Source: Camelus dromedarius
Lineage: Eukaryota
Assembly (NCBI RefSeq): GCF_036321535.1
Contig: NC_087437.1
Location: 122,018,001-122,082,000, forward strand
Direction: 5' to 3'
Length of the DNA: 64,000 nt
The translations under genes and the position numbers were made by a program. Of the stretch, positions 26,323 to 38,050 are shown in pieces; positions within the stretch are counted from its first letter, which is position 1; every line of letters begins with the position of its first letter. The notes beneath the pieces are model-generated. The model ran no database searches, was not told where the DNA came from, and was given only the letters and a program-made list of their open reading frames with translations.

Positions 26323-26645
26323 TGAGTGTTGGAGGCAGCAAAGTCTTCGGCGCTCGGAGGCCCTGAGGATTCCCATGGTTAGGGCTGTTGGGGGGCCGGG
26401 CCTTGACGACGTGCCCAGGTCCCTGACCCAGGCCCAAGGCAAAGCGCATGAGAACTGTCCTGGGTGCGCCGTTGGGGGACAGTTGCTGGCTCCTGCCTTC
26501 TCGGGTGGGTCCGTCGTCTTCACTGGGGATTTGGGGAGAGAAGGGGGTGCACGCCTCTCCCCTCATTTCTGGAGTCAGATGAATAGTTACTAGTTCATGA
26601 TGTGAGGGGCATTCAGCAAAGGATCAGGCCTTAAAAATGGTGCAA

Positions 26646-26763
26646 GTGTGCACTGGAGACAGGTGTGCACGGAGGTGGGTGTGCACTGAAGACAGATGTG
26701 CACTGCAGACGGTTGTGCGCTGGAGACAGGTGTGCACTGGAGACTGGTGTGCACTGGAGGCGG
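26646..26763. repeat. 17-bp tandem repeat gtgtgcactggagacag, 7 copies
   Basis: Seven units aligned by eye. Confidence 0.9.
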
Positions 26764-28330
26764 GTCTCAGCTGAGATGCGGATGGAGGACGTTGTGGGCA
26801 GGACGCCACTGTGCTGGGCCAGCCTGCAGGCATCAGAGCCACCTGCCAGGTGGGCCAGCAGGATCTTAGGAAAAACACGAAAATGCAGAACTGCAAAGAC
26901 AATAGGATTAACCGCAGGAGAAGCAAAGGAGGCCCAGCTGAGCAGGAAAAAGCATCTCCTGAAAATTCGGGGTTGGGGGGCAAAACCTGAGGTTTAAATT
27001 TCAATCAATAGCCAAACTGCAGCAAGATTGAGAGAAGCTATCAATAGTTCTGTTTTTTTTTTAAAATGAAAATGAATTCGTCATGCCTCAAACGAAAAGG
27101 TTCCAATATCTATGTGGGTGTCCCAGCCACCAGGCCATCCTCCCTCTGTGCCCCAGGTCCCATGCTGGAGGTGACAGCGGCTCCCACAGGATCAGCCTCG
27201 GGTCACCTATGTGTTCACACATCTTTTGTAGTTGACGTGGTGTTAAAGCACCATGTCCAGCTCCTTTAAAAAATATTTGTGTGGTTTTTGTCTTCCTGAA
27301 GTACGATACTGTGAACTCAGAAGTGTTTTTCTAAACGCTTTATTCTGGAGTCTTCCTCACACACCTGTCACGGTGACGATCAGCGCTGGCCTGACTCTTC
27401 AGTCCTCGGCACTGGGGCCGCAAGGGGCCTGGGCAGGTGGCGGGCAGGCCCCCCCCCTCACTGTCTGGCAGACGCCAGAGAAGCAAGACCACACAGGCCC
27501 GTCTGGTCCGTGGCGGGGGCCCCTCAGAAGGGCAGGGCCAGGAGGGACTCGGCGCTGAGCTGCACTCCCGGTCAGACGGGGCCCCACAGGAGAGGCCCGA
27601 CCCAGTTGGCTGGGTGGCGCTGGTGACCCCAGGGCCGAGGTCGGAGCTGCCAGGCCCCCTCCCCGGCAAGGGGAGGAGGGGTGCTGACTGGAGATGGCAG
27701 CCCTGAAGCATGGGTGACGGTCCTTGTGGGGCAGGGCTGAGGCTTTGTCTCGCGGATCTCCCGGAAGCCGGCACAGCCGTCTTGCGGGAGGAGACGTCGT
27801 GGCGCCTGGAAGCAGCGGGTCCGATTTTCAACGTGGAGGGACTGGAGTCTCCACCCCTGAAGTCCCCACTGAGGGAGGGCTGCCGGAGGTGTGGCTGGAG
27901 TGTGCGGACATGAGTGTCGGGGCCGCGGGCCTGGCAGCGGGGCTGTGCTCAGCAGGCCTTCTTCTGCCGGAGAGCTGGACCTGGGAGTCACAGCCAGAGG
28001 GCCCGGCAGAGCTCCCAGCACCGCCATCTGTAGGTCAGAGGGCACTGTGGAGCGGGGGTGACCAGCTGAGGCTGAGGGCCAGGGAGCCTACCACCCAGTT
28101 CGGGGCTGGAGGGCAGGCAGCAACCAGACTGAGCCCTTGCTCACAGTGGAAACGGTCACTCGCTCATTCTCAGTGTAGTCACGCTTCCAAACCGTGTTGA
28201 GCCAAGTCTGCCCTGAGCCCACACAGAGCCCTGGCCAGTCATACCCGCAGACATGCTGGAGACGAGAGCTCAGTGTTACCCCCTCACCATCAGCTCACGG
28301 GCCCTTGAAGCAGCCCTCTCTGCTTTACAG

Positions 28331-28450
28331 CAAGGTCACGCAGCTGGGCCAAGGTCACACAGCAGGTCAAGGTCACACAGCAGGTCTAGGTCTCACAGCT
28401 AGACCCAGGTCACACGGCAGGTCAAGGTCACACAGCAGGCCAAGGTCACA
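28331..28450. repeat. 18-19-bp tandem repeat caaggtcacacagcaggt, about 6.5 copies, MIR-core-like
   Basis: Units aligned by eye; the unit resembles the MIR segment cccaaggtcacacagctag. Confidence 0.85.
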
Positions 28451-29286
28451 TGGCATGGACAACTGGCATGGTGTGGCCTAGGCTGCAGAGTTGAAGCTGC
28501 CAACCACTCTCCTGTCCCCACATCCCTACCTGTGGGTGGGCCTGAGTGGGCACTGGCTTCAAGAACTGCAGGCGAGGACAGGCTGCCCTGGCCCCTGCAC
28601 TCTGCCTCTGGCTGGTGGAGCCTCCAACTGACGGACTCACAGCCCGGTGGACTCTGCTCCCAGGGCAGGCGGGTGACCCAGGGCACAGGGTGGACCGATT
28701 GCTCTGACTTTACCCAAAGCGTCAGACTTCTGGCACTTGAATAGTGTTCATCCGAAGATGAGGGTCCTGTGCTGCTGGATGCAGACTAGTCAGAGGGACT
28801 CGGCGCAAACCGCATCGCGGCTGGAACGCCATTCAGACTCTACGCTTCGTTAAAAGACAGCCCTGTTTCTAAACAGTGAAGCTGAATGTTTCGAACTTTC
28901 CTGTGATGATGGCCCCTGAACATCACTGCAGGCCGGGCGGAGCCACAGGCACTGGGCTATTTCCCGAGGATTAAAGGAGGAGGCTCAGAGCGCGGCTCCC
29001 AGGCTGACACCTGGGGAGCCGGGCGGCCGTCTGTCTGGCCTCTGTCTGGTCGTCTGCATGCGCAGACGGGGTCAAGTCCTCCGGTCTCACCCGCCCGAGA
29101 CCCACACTCCGCAGGAGCCCGCTGCCTCCTGCCGGGGGTTGTATTTCGGGCAGTGGTTAGTGGAGGACCTGAGGGGCCGGGGCAGGCGGGGGGGCCTGGG
29201 GGGGCGGGCTCGGAAGGAGGCCTCACAACTGTCACGCTGCGAAGCTGCTCTAATGCTCTCTCTCCCTCTCCTGTCCCTTTTCCTAG

Positions 29287-29361
29287 TCCCCACCGAAAGG
29301 TGCCACCATTCCCTACCGCCCAAAGCCCGCCTCCACCCCTGTCATTTTTGCAGGTGGTCAG
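29287..29361 (+). CDS. PCBP3: PCBP3 75-nt exon SPPKGATIPYRPKPASTPVIFAGGQ
   Basis: Long pyrimidine tract, boundaries ttttcctag|TCC...CAG|gtaaga. Confidence 0.96.
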
Positions 29362-29430
29362 GTAAGAGCCGACCCGCTCGCGGCCTCCACTGCCAACCTC
29401 AGCCTTTTACTGCAGCCCCCGCCGCTGCCC
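29362..29430 (+). CDS. PCBP3: Alternative 5' splice-site extension VRADPLAASTANLSLLLQPPPLP (69 nt)
   Basis: Open in frame after the first donor, ending at CCC|gttagt; resembles a PCBP3 linker insert I recall from human isoforms. Confidence 0.6.
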
Positions 29431-32400
29431 GTTAGTGCACTCAGGTTTTCTCCCCCTCACGTGCACGTCTCCCCGCCCCGCGCAGGACGCAGAGCTCTCC
29501 TGGCCCACAGCCAGGCCCCAGGGGACACGGGCCGCACTGGGGAGGCCGCTGGGCAGTGTCCAGCAGACGGAAAGGGCCAAGGCGGACATCCCGCAGAGCC
29601 TGGGCCTGGAAACATCTCCTCCCTGACCTGGCCCAGGAGGACTCTGGGCGGCGCTCACGCCGGTCAGCCCAGGCAGCACCGCAACTCTGGCCCACTAGCG
29701 CTTCTGGGGAGGGAGGAGGCCAGGAGCGCCCCCGTGACCTCTGACTCATGGTTGAGGCTCATGGGACCGTAAGATCCAGGGTCCCATTTCCCCTGAAACA
29801 CGCGTTCCCAGTTTCCCACAAACGAGTTTACCCCCAGGAGTGCGTGAGGATGGAGAAGAGGCCCTGCTGGGCGTCCCGGTTACAGGGCTGACCCTCCTTC
29901 TCCGGCCCGCTCCACGCAGGCCCAGCAAACCGCGGCGTCCGCTTCACACACCTGTTGTTTTGGCTGGAGCCGCTGACCTTTCTCTCCCACCAGGAAGGGC
30001 CTAGAAAACCCGGAGTCACAGAGGTTTGTCTAAGACCAGCAGTTGGCTTAGCAGGGCCAGTAGAGGGGGATAGCGGGGCTGGTCCATCTCCTGCCCTTGG
30101 GCACCAGCCAGGACGTCCTCAGCTCAGCTTGTCCTGCCCACAGCAGGATCACTGTCGCCACGGTAGATGGACTTTGAAAACACCAGGCCAGTGGTACTAG
30201 GAGGAGCTCTGCGTCCCCGCGGCTGCGCCGTGTGTCTTGTTCAAGGGAGAGTTAAGGCGGAGATGCCCCAGGGTGACTGGGGCAGGGGAAGGGGCGTGAA
30301 TGCACTGTCTCCACGCACTTCCTCACCACGTAAAGGAACCTCATCAGATCTCCCGGTTGCCCCCACACGAAGTGAGGGTCAGGCCTGTGTTCCTGCCTCT
30401 GTAGCTGTGTTGGTGGTGCTTCCCGCAGGGAGGGACACAGCGGCTCCCATGCGGCCACATGGCTCCGGGCAGCCCATGTCCGTGGTCCTCCGGCTTCCTC
30501 GCCAGCTGCAGATGGCCCACCCCATTCAGAACCCTTTTCCTTCCCCCAAATTCATGGTTAGCTAGCACGTGAGTCACCTGTGTGGTCTCTACCCCTTGGT
30601 CAATGAGCGAACAAACCCCATGTGGGGAAGCGTGGACTTTATCCAGAAAGGAGTCACCTCAGTCAGCACTAGCCGGAGTCCAGGAAGCTGTGTGGCCGAG
30701 CCCAGCCCCGGCCAGCAAAGCAGAGCAGTCGGCCCACCTCACAGTCAGGGCGGTGAGGTCACAGCCACCCTGGACGCCTGTCCGAGGCTTTGCCAGGACA
30801 TCAGCACCTGTACCCTTGGGACAGTCTGGTGTAGCCAGTGACTAAGTCTTGGTCATTAGTCGGGGATAGAGTCACTCGAGAACCACGCAGCACTGCAGGT
30901 AGCCGGGCAGAGGAGCCAGAATACGAACTCAGCACGGGGCCCCTCCAGACCCCAGGCCCTCACTGCCCACGTGCAGGACACGTGAGAAATCTAGACCTTG
31001 GAGCATCTGCCGGACCCGTCTGTAAGATGCCCATCATGCAAGGGCCCAGGGTCTCCGGGCCCAGCGGCACCCCCGCTGCAGAGAGGCAGCCCCTGCTGTC
31101 CAGCAGGTTCAGGCCATAGAGGTGTCGTCCAGACAGAACCTCGTACCTGCCGCACTCTGTCCAGAAAGGATGGCGGGCGCCCATGCGCTTCAAGTAGAGC
31201 TAGGCACCGTAACACCTGAGTGGACAGAGAGAAGTCAGGGATGAAGAACTGCCCTGTTGGGGAGTGCGTGTTGTCCCGCGGTCTGTCACACTCGGGACGC
31301 CCGGAGCTTGTGCCCGGCGGCCTCTGCACAACACCTGGAGACGGGGACCCGCGCACACGTTGGCTGCCTCTGATCAGGTTCCTTTACGCCTCACGAGGTG
31401 CCCTCGGCCTCGCCCAGACCAGGGCCTCCCCTCCCGTGACCCCTGTCCAGTGGCTGGTTGGCCGTTAGCTCCTCTCTGGTTCTTTGTGATGAAAACTCCC
31501 AGCAGATTCAAAACCTGAGCTTTGGCAGGACCTCGGCAATCCCACTCCGTGGGGTCCACGGGAGTGGCGCACAGCCTGGCCTGAGGTGTCCCTCTTGGGT
31601 GCACGAGGACCCACAGGCATGGGTGCTGGTGGTGTCACACGCCCACCTGGGACAGGTGGGGGCCTCCGCACCTGGGCCCCTCCACACCTGCAGCCCCTGA
31701 GCGCAGCCCAGAGTGGAGCACCTTCCACGTCCCTGGGTCCTGATGGCAGGTCCTCGTCTTTACTCTCCCTTGACTCCGTGTGTTTTGTTTGTTTTTTGGC
31801 CATGAGTTTCTGGAAGCATCTTTGCTGACAGACTGTTTAGGCAGGTGGGGGCGGGTGGTGGAAGAGGCTGCAGGTCCCACACTCACTGTGGCTGCACAGA
31901 GTCACTGTCTTGAAGGCGAGTGACAGTGATACCAAAACGAGAGCTTAGGGGTCTGCCCTGGCCCCCCGGGAGCTGTTCAACCGAGAGCATGTGCCCCCCG
32001 AGTCGGAACGGCCACCTGGTCCTCTGAGGCTGGAAGGCAGTCAGTCTGGCTGACTTGGGTGCATTTCTTACTTAATCTGGCATTTGCAAAATTGGTTTGG
32101 GGTCACCTTTTAAAGCTTCCTTTTTTATCATGTGGTTTTCTTAGGGTAAATACTTCCTGACAGTGTTTCCTCTGACGGCTGCTTAAATTTTCCAAAGGTT
32201 AACCGTTAGTAGATCTATGAGCAGGGGTCAGACAGGTCGTTCTTAGATTCTTTCTAGGCACAGGGGGAGTGAGAGTCGGAAGCCTTCCGACCTGGTCCTT
32301 CTCCTCCCTCCCGCCAGCTCGGCCAGCCTCAGCGTCCTGCAGCTCTGGGGGCGTGGGGGCAGCTCCCGGCTCACGTCTGGGCGTAGCTCCAGTGCCCTGG

Positions 32401-32597
32401 GAGGGTTCCCTCTCCTCCTGTGGGAAGGCGGCCGGTGGGGCCGGCTCGCTCTGCGAGGGGGAAAGCCTTGACTGGAGGGCCGAGGGGCTGCTCATGGGAG
32501 AGCCCTGCCAGGAGAAAGCCCCTGTCCTGCAGGGGAGATGTGGGGGGTGACGCATGGCCAGCTGCTTCTCGAGCTGATGGAGTCTCTCTCTTTCCAG

Positions 32598-32639
32598 GCC
32601 TACACGATCCAGGGACAGTACGCCATTCCCCACCCAGAT
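32598..32639 (+). CDS. PCBP3: PCBP3 42-nt exon AYTIQGQYAIPHPD
   Basis: Boundaries ctctctttccag|GCC...GAT|gtgagt. Confidence 0.96.
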
Positions 32640-35600
32640 GTGAGTTCTCACTCCGCCCTTGCCTCTCCCCTCTCGTTTCCCCCCAACCCGCATGCTGCTG
32701 TCGACTGCTCCTAATATTAATATTAGACATAATATTAATAGCATTCTCGGTGCTCCTGCCCTGTGTCGTGCCCACGGCCCTGAATAACCTTCAGCCTCTT
32801 AGCACTAATTCTCCTCACGTGGAGGACTTGGCCTGATGTCAAATTGATGGTGGCTGCAGTCTGGGCTTTTCCTCCGCGGGGCCTCGGGTGGCGGCCGTCC
32901 TAGTGGGTGGGGGCAGCGCAGGCCGCGTGCACCGCAGCCGTCAGGTGACACGCCATCGGCGGAGATCCGTCGGGAAGGGCGCTTGAACACCTTGGAGCCC
33001 AGGCTGAAGCAGGGTGCCCACGTGCCGGACAGCCAGCCGGTCGGAGGCCCGTGGAGCAGCCCAAGGCCCTGTTCTAGGTGCTCCAGTCTGAGTGCAATGT
33101 CGGGGCTGGAGGTGGGACACATCCCGCGGGCCCTGCGGGGAGAGCCACGGGGGAGGGCGCCGCGCAGCCCTCGGGGCAGAACGGGGGCAGGCGGGTCCTT
33201 GCTCAGGGTTTCAGATGCGCGGGAAGTGAGTCTGCACTGCCTGTACAGGGGGGTGGGGGGGAGAAGGCAGAGGTAGGGGCGGGCTTCTGTGCTGTTGCCG
33301 CAGGCCGAGCAAGGGGAGGGCCGGTGAGGAGGGGCCTTCTGTCGGCTCTCTGTGAGCCTGGGGGCCTGGGTGGTCTGTCCAGACAGGCGGGGCGGGGGGT
33401 GCCAGGCGATGCTCACTCGTGCTCGGCAAACCCTCATGTTTTTGAGTTGGGCCAGTGAAGAGCCAGTTGCCCAAGATGTAAAGGCAGGGAGGGGAGGGTT
33501 TTAAGAATTAACTGACACGAAATGAGTGTCTGTTGGAAATACAGAGCTTCAGTCACTGTCACTGCAGGGAGACTTGTGCCGAGTAGAAAAGAGATACTGA
33601 GTTTTTCCTTTCAAAAAACCTCATTAAGCAACACACACGGATCAAATGACAGAGAAAGCTGGCAAGGAGGGGGCTCAGGGACCTCCTGGTCCCTCGTGGG
33701 TGACGCCGGCCCTCGTGGTCCTGGCTGGCAGTGGCTGGGGCCCAGGGAAAGGGACCGAGGGGAGGACAGGTGCTGGAGCTGGGGGACGGGCGGCGTGAGC
33801 ACAGAAATGCAAGTAGGGCTGGCTGGGCGCCCCGCGGGGATGATGGAAATCTGGGTGGGAGCGGGTTTCCCGGCGGCAGGCTTCACTCAGCGCGGGCTGG
33901 CGGTCTCTGCCTGTGGAAATGCGTCTGTGCAAAGGCAGATTCGGCGCTCTGCACACTCAGCATCCTGGCCCCGTGGTTCTGAGGTCCAGGCTCGGCCCTG
34001 CGGCCTGAGGGCGAAGCTGTGCTTCCCTGCCGCCCAGGGCCTAAGGGTCACGGCCAAGCGCCTGCGGCTGCCGGCACAAAGCCCTCCTGGTCTGCGTGTC
34101 CTCGGCTGAACCACATGGCCTCGCGAGGCCAAGGGACTCTGATTGGTCTTTATATTGATCGGTTGTTTTGCTCTCTCCGTGTGATTTTCTTGGTACCTCT
34201 TAAAAAATGGGTAGTTGCAGATTTTGGGGGGGAATTTTAAACTATTTTGTGACTAACTGTCCTGTGATTACCTTATTGCATTTGGTGGAGATTTGAAGCA
34301 CTTGGTTATTTATCGTGAAAGGCCTTCGTGCAGGACCCAGCGTTCTTGAGACCAGCATGTTGGGGGGCAGGTGTTAGGACCAGAACAGCAGGACTTTGAT
34401 AAATGCCTTCCTTGCAAGGACAGAGTCGAAGACTAGAACACCGCTAAGAGAATCCATTCAAAACAAGATAAGACGGCTGGTGACCGGTGACGACGGTCAG
34501 GAAGGCAGTTTTATCTGAGCTTAATTTTCAGTAGGAATTTTTAAAGCTTCATTTCTTAGAGCCTAATAGAATAATTACAGAAACAGCTAATTTATTTTAT
34601 GAGATAACGGAGCACACACTAGATATTCCAAGCACCGTGGCTGACCCACCACCGTTTCGCAGCTAGTGCCTTACGTGAGTCAGGCACAGACCACGAGAAA
34701 ACACGTCTCAGAGCTGAGCGTCCCTTTACGTGGAACTAAAATACCCGTCTTTCTTCCTCTTTCCTGGTTTACCCCTACTGACGGCTCAGGGCTCTACCCT
34801 CGCTGGCTTCCCTCTGGGCCTCCTGGTCTCCCCTGCCGCTGGCTTTGTTTTATGGGACTCCTTCTGGAAGCTCCTAGCTCTTGGGCCTGCGGGATGTGCA
34901 GGGACGGCTGGTGGCTGGGGAAGTGGGCCTGGGTCTTGCTGCCCACCTCCCTCCTCCCCTGCCAAGGGTCACGAGTAGTTTCAGCTCCAGGAGGGGAGGC
35001 TGCGGCCCCGACTTGGAACATGGGAGCCTGGACAGACCCAGTGCGGTGACCACCATCTGTCCATCGTCCCCTGTCTGTCCCCTGATCACTGCAGCGTGAT
35101 CACACCGGGGGACAGTGGTCAACCTCAAGCATACCCCGTGTGTGGCTCTGCTCTCTAGCCTCCAGCGTTCCCCATCCCACCCTCATTGGCACCCCCGCCA
35201 TGTGAAGGGGCCCCAAGAAGAAGCAAGGACGGCCACTGCCTTCCTCTGGAGCCTGGCTCCGGGGCCACGGCCGGCAGGTTGTGCCAGGAGGTGGGAGCTT
35301 CGAGAGGCCCCTGCCCCGCGCTCAGGGCCAGGAGTGGCCCAGCCGGTCCCTCCCCAGGACCGTGGATTTCAGCAGGTATGGATGGGCCCCGCGCCTGCCA
35401 GGAAGCTTGTTCCTGAGAGAGTAAGCCGGTGGGGAGCCTGGAAGAAAGTGGGCCTGCAGGGCTGCACACTGTGTGGATCACGGTCCTGGCGCTGCAGCGA
35501 ACGTCCCCTGATGATGACAGCGCTCTCCCGCCACCTCTGAGCGTCCCCTCTCAGATCCCGCCCCGCGGGCTGTGGCGCTGGGGCTGCCCCGCGCATCTCA

Positions 35601-35859
35601 CCATGAGAGCAGCGCGGAGTGACCTGCATCTCCACGCACGCCCCACCCACCGCCCACACCTCTGGCTTCTGCTCAGAGTGGCAGACACATGCCCTCAGCC
35701 CCTGCTGCTGAGAGCTGGGCTGCTGCAGCCGCTCCGCCATCCCCCCCACCCCGGGTTCACGCCAGGATGGACTGCAGCCTCTCCTGCTGCACTGAGCTGT
35801 GCCCCACCCACTCAGAATCAGAACCCACATTTTCACAGGCCCCTGGTGACCTGTTTGCA

Positions 35860-38050
35860 CATGGACGTCTAAGAACACTGATGAGCAGGAAGGACGGGTG
35901 TGCACTGAAGCCGGGAAGAGGGGACTGGATGGAGAGGGAAGCTCCTGAGAGGTGAACACTGAGAACTTCCCAGAGTCAGTCAGCAAACAAAACCCCTCTC
36001 ATTCGGAACCCTAGCAAATCCCAAACAAGGGGAACAAAACTTCACCTCAGACAAAAGCAAATCCTCCAAGTGGTCAGAGAGAAAAGAACGTCACAAAGAA
36101 GCGCGGTGAGAAAGTGGGTCAGCTTCTTCCCAGCAGCGGTGGAGCCGGAAGGGGGTGGCATAAACCAAGAGAGTAATTGTCAGCCTGAAGTTCTGCCTCA
36201 AGAGGCCAGTCCAAAGACCTAAATACAGATGTTTTCAGACAAACATGTGTGACCAACAAGCCTCTAACGAGCCCCCTTCAGTAGGAGAAGGATCCCCGAA
36301 GAAGGGCTATAAACGCAGGAAAAAAGGGTGAGCCGGGAGAATTACCATTTCTGTCATCAACACAAGCACAAGTCGTGAAGAAAACCTTGCTGGTTTTGAC
36401 TACATTAAAGGTTAAACGTTTGGGTAAATGAAAACAAACTTCATAAAGTCAGAATCAGTGCCGTCTCGTTTGTGGACTTAACGTGACAGAACCACACGGG
36501 CACCAGCGAGCACAGGCCGGACCGGGTGTGGCTGAGGGGCTGACGCGTCCTGGAGGTCCCTGGACGCTTCGGGAGGAGGGCAGAGGCGCCGAACTAAGAC
36601 TCTAACCGTGCGTGTTACAACTTCAAAGTGACGACCTCCAGGAGAGTGTTCACTTCTGCAACTCCCGTGAAGGCACCAAGGAGAAACTGGGTGAGAGGGA
36701 GCAGATACTAGTCAGTACAGAAGAAAAGGAGCGAGAAAGGAGGAGACCCTGGAAAATCAGGACAGGTGGGATAAGATGACGGAAACTAGCCTGCACGTGG
36801 GGTAACTAGGGTCAAGGTGAAGGAACTTTTCAGCTGAAAAAGGGTGTCAGGATTTTTTTAAAACAGCATTTTTAGAGAAGCAAACAAAAATTTAAAAAAA
36901 AAACTTTTTTCAAGAGCCACATCTAAAGAATAAGGACCTAGGAAAATTATTCTAGGAAAATACTAACCCAAAGAAACTTAATACCCCGATGTTAACGTCA
37001 GTGGCGAAAAAACGACTTTAAGGCAAATTACTTAGTTATCGCTTATTGATTCACTAGAAGATAAACAGTTTGAATCTGTATGCATGTAAAACATAACTTC
37101 AAACATTCTCAGGAAGAAATTAGCAAGCCATTAAGAGAACCTGACAGGCATTTTAGCGGAAGCTTAACACGCCTCTTTGAATCAAGGCCAAGAAGACAAG
37201 CACACAGAAGGCGCCGACGGCAGTCGGGGAGCCTGGTCCGACCGCCGCGCACTGGGCCCCCCCCAGCGTGGCTGCGGAGGTCGTGAAAACGTTTGCAAAG
37301 CTTGATCGCGTGCCAGGCCAGAGAGAAGACTCACCGTCTTTCAAAAATTGGAATTGCCGAGACTTACTACAAAGCAGTTGAGTTGAAATCAACAGTTAAA
37401 AGGTGACCTGAAACCAAACAAACTTGTCTTTACTGAAGGTTAAGGAGACCAAAAGCCCAAAGTAAACGGAGAGACCTGCGATACTCAGGGATGGGACATT
37501 CAAGTATCTCAACCATATCAGTTCTTCCCAAATTGAGGTACAAATGCAATACAATTACAGTCAGAATCCTGACGGGTGGTTTTAAATGTTATCTGACAGC
37601 ACGAAGCTGAGACCCGTCAAGCTGCTGACACAGAGGATGCATGGTACGGAGATGTCCTCGCAGATGGAGGGCCCACGGGCCGTGCTCTCGAGGCGTGTGG
37701 TCTGGTCCCGGCGTCCCCAGACGGGGCCAGACGTCGAGGAGGACCCCTGGCCTGGGCCAGAGCTGCCGACGTGGGTCAAGGAGAAAAACGGGCTGGCCGT
37801 GAGTGGTGCGAGGGGGTGAGTGGTCAGGTGGGAAGCCACTCCCCTGCATCAGCAGCTTCCACACGGGACAGGGAAGTCTGCGCTGTCGGAAGAAAACATG
37901 GAACAGCTTTCAGTTCACAGGCCCAGGAAATTTTCTTAAAACATAAGCACAAACCATAAAAACATTGATGGATTTGACTCCACTAAGATGCTTAAAGTCT
38001 CTTTCTCTAAAGGCACCGTGTGGGGGGGTGCTTTTCAAGCACATGTAACT
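35860..38050 (+). mobile_element. Fragmented old L1 (ORF1 and ORF2 pieces) in the intron
   Basis: A-rich; segments gagaacttcccaga, atcagttcttcccaaattgaggtacaaatgcaatac, aaacattgatggatttgactcc. Confidence 0.65.
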
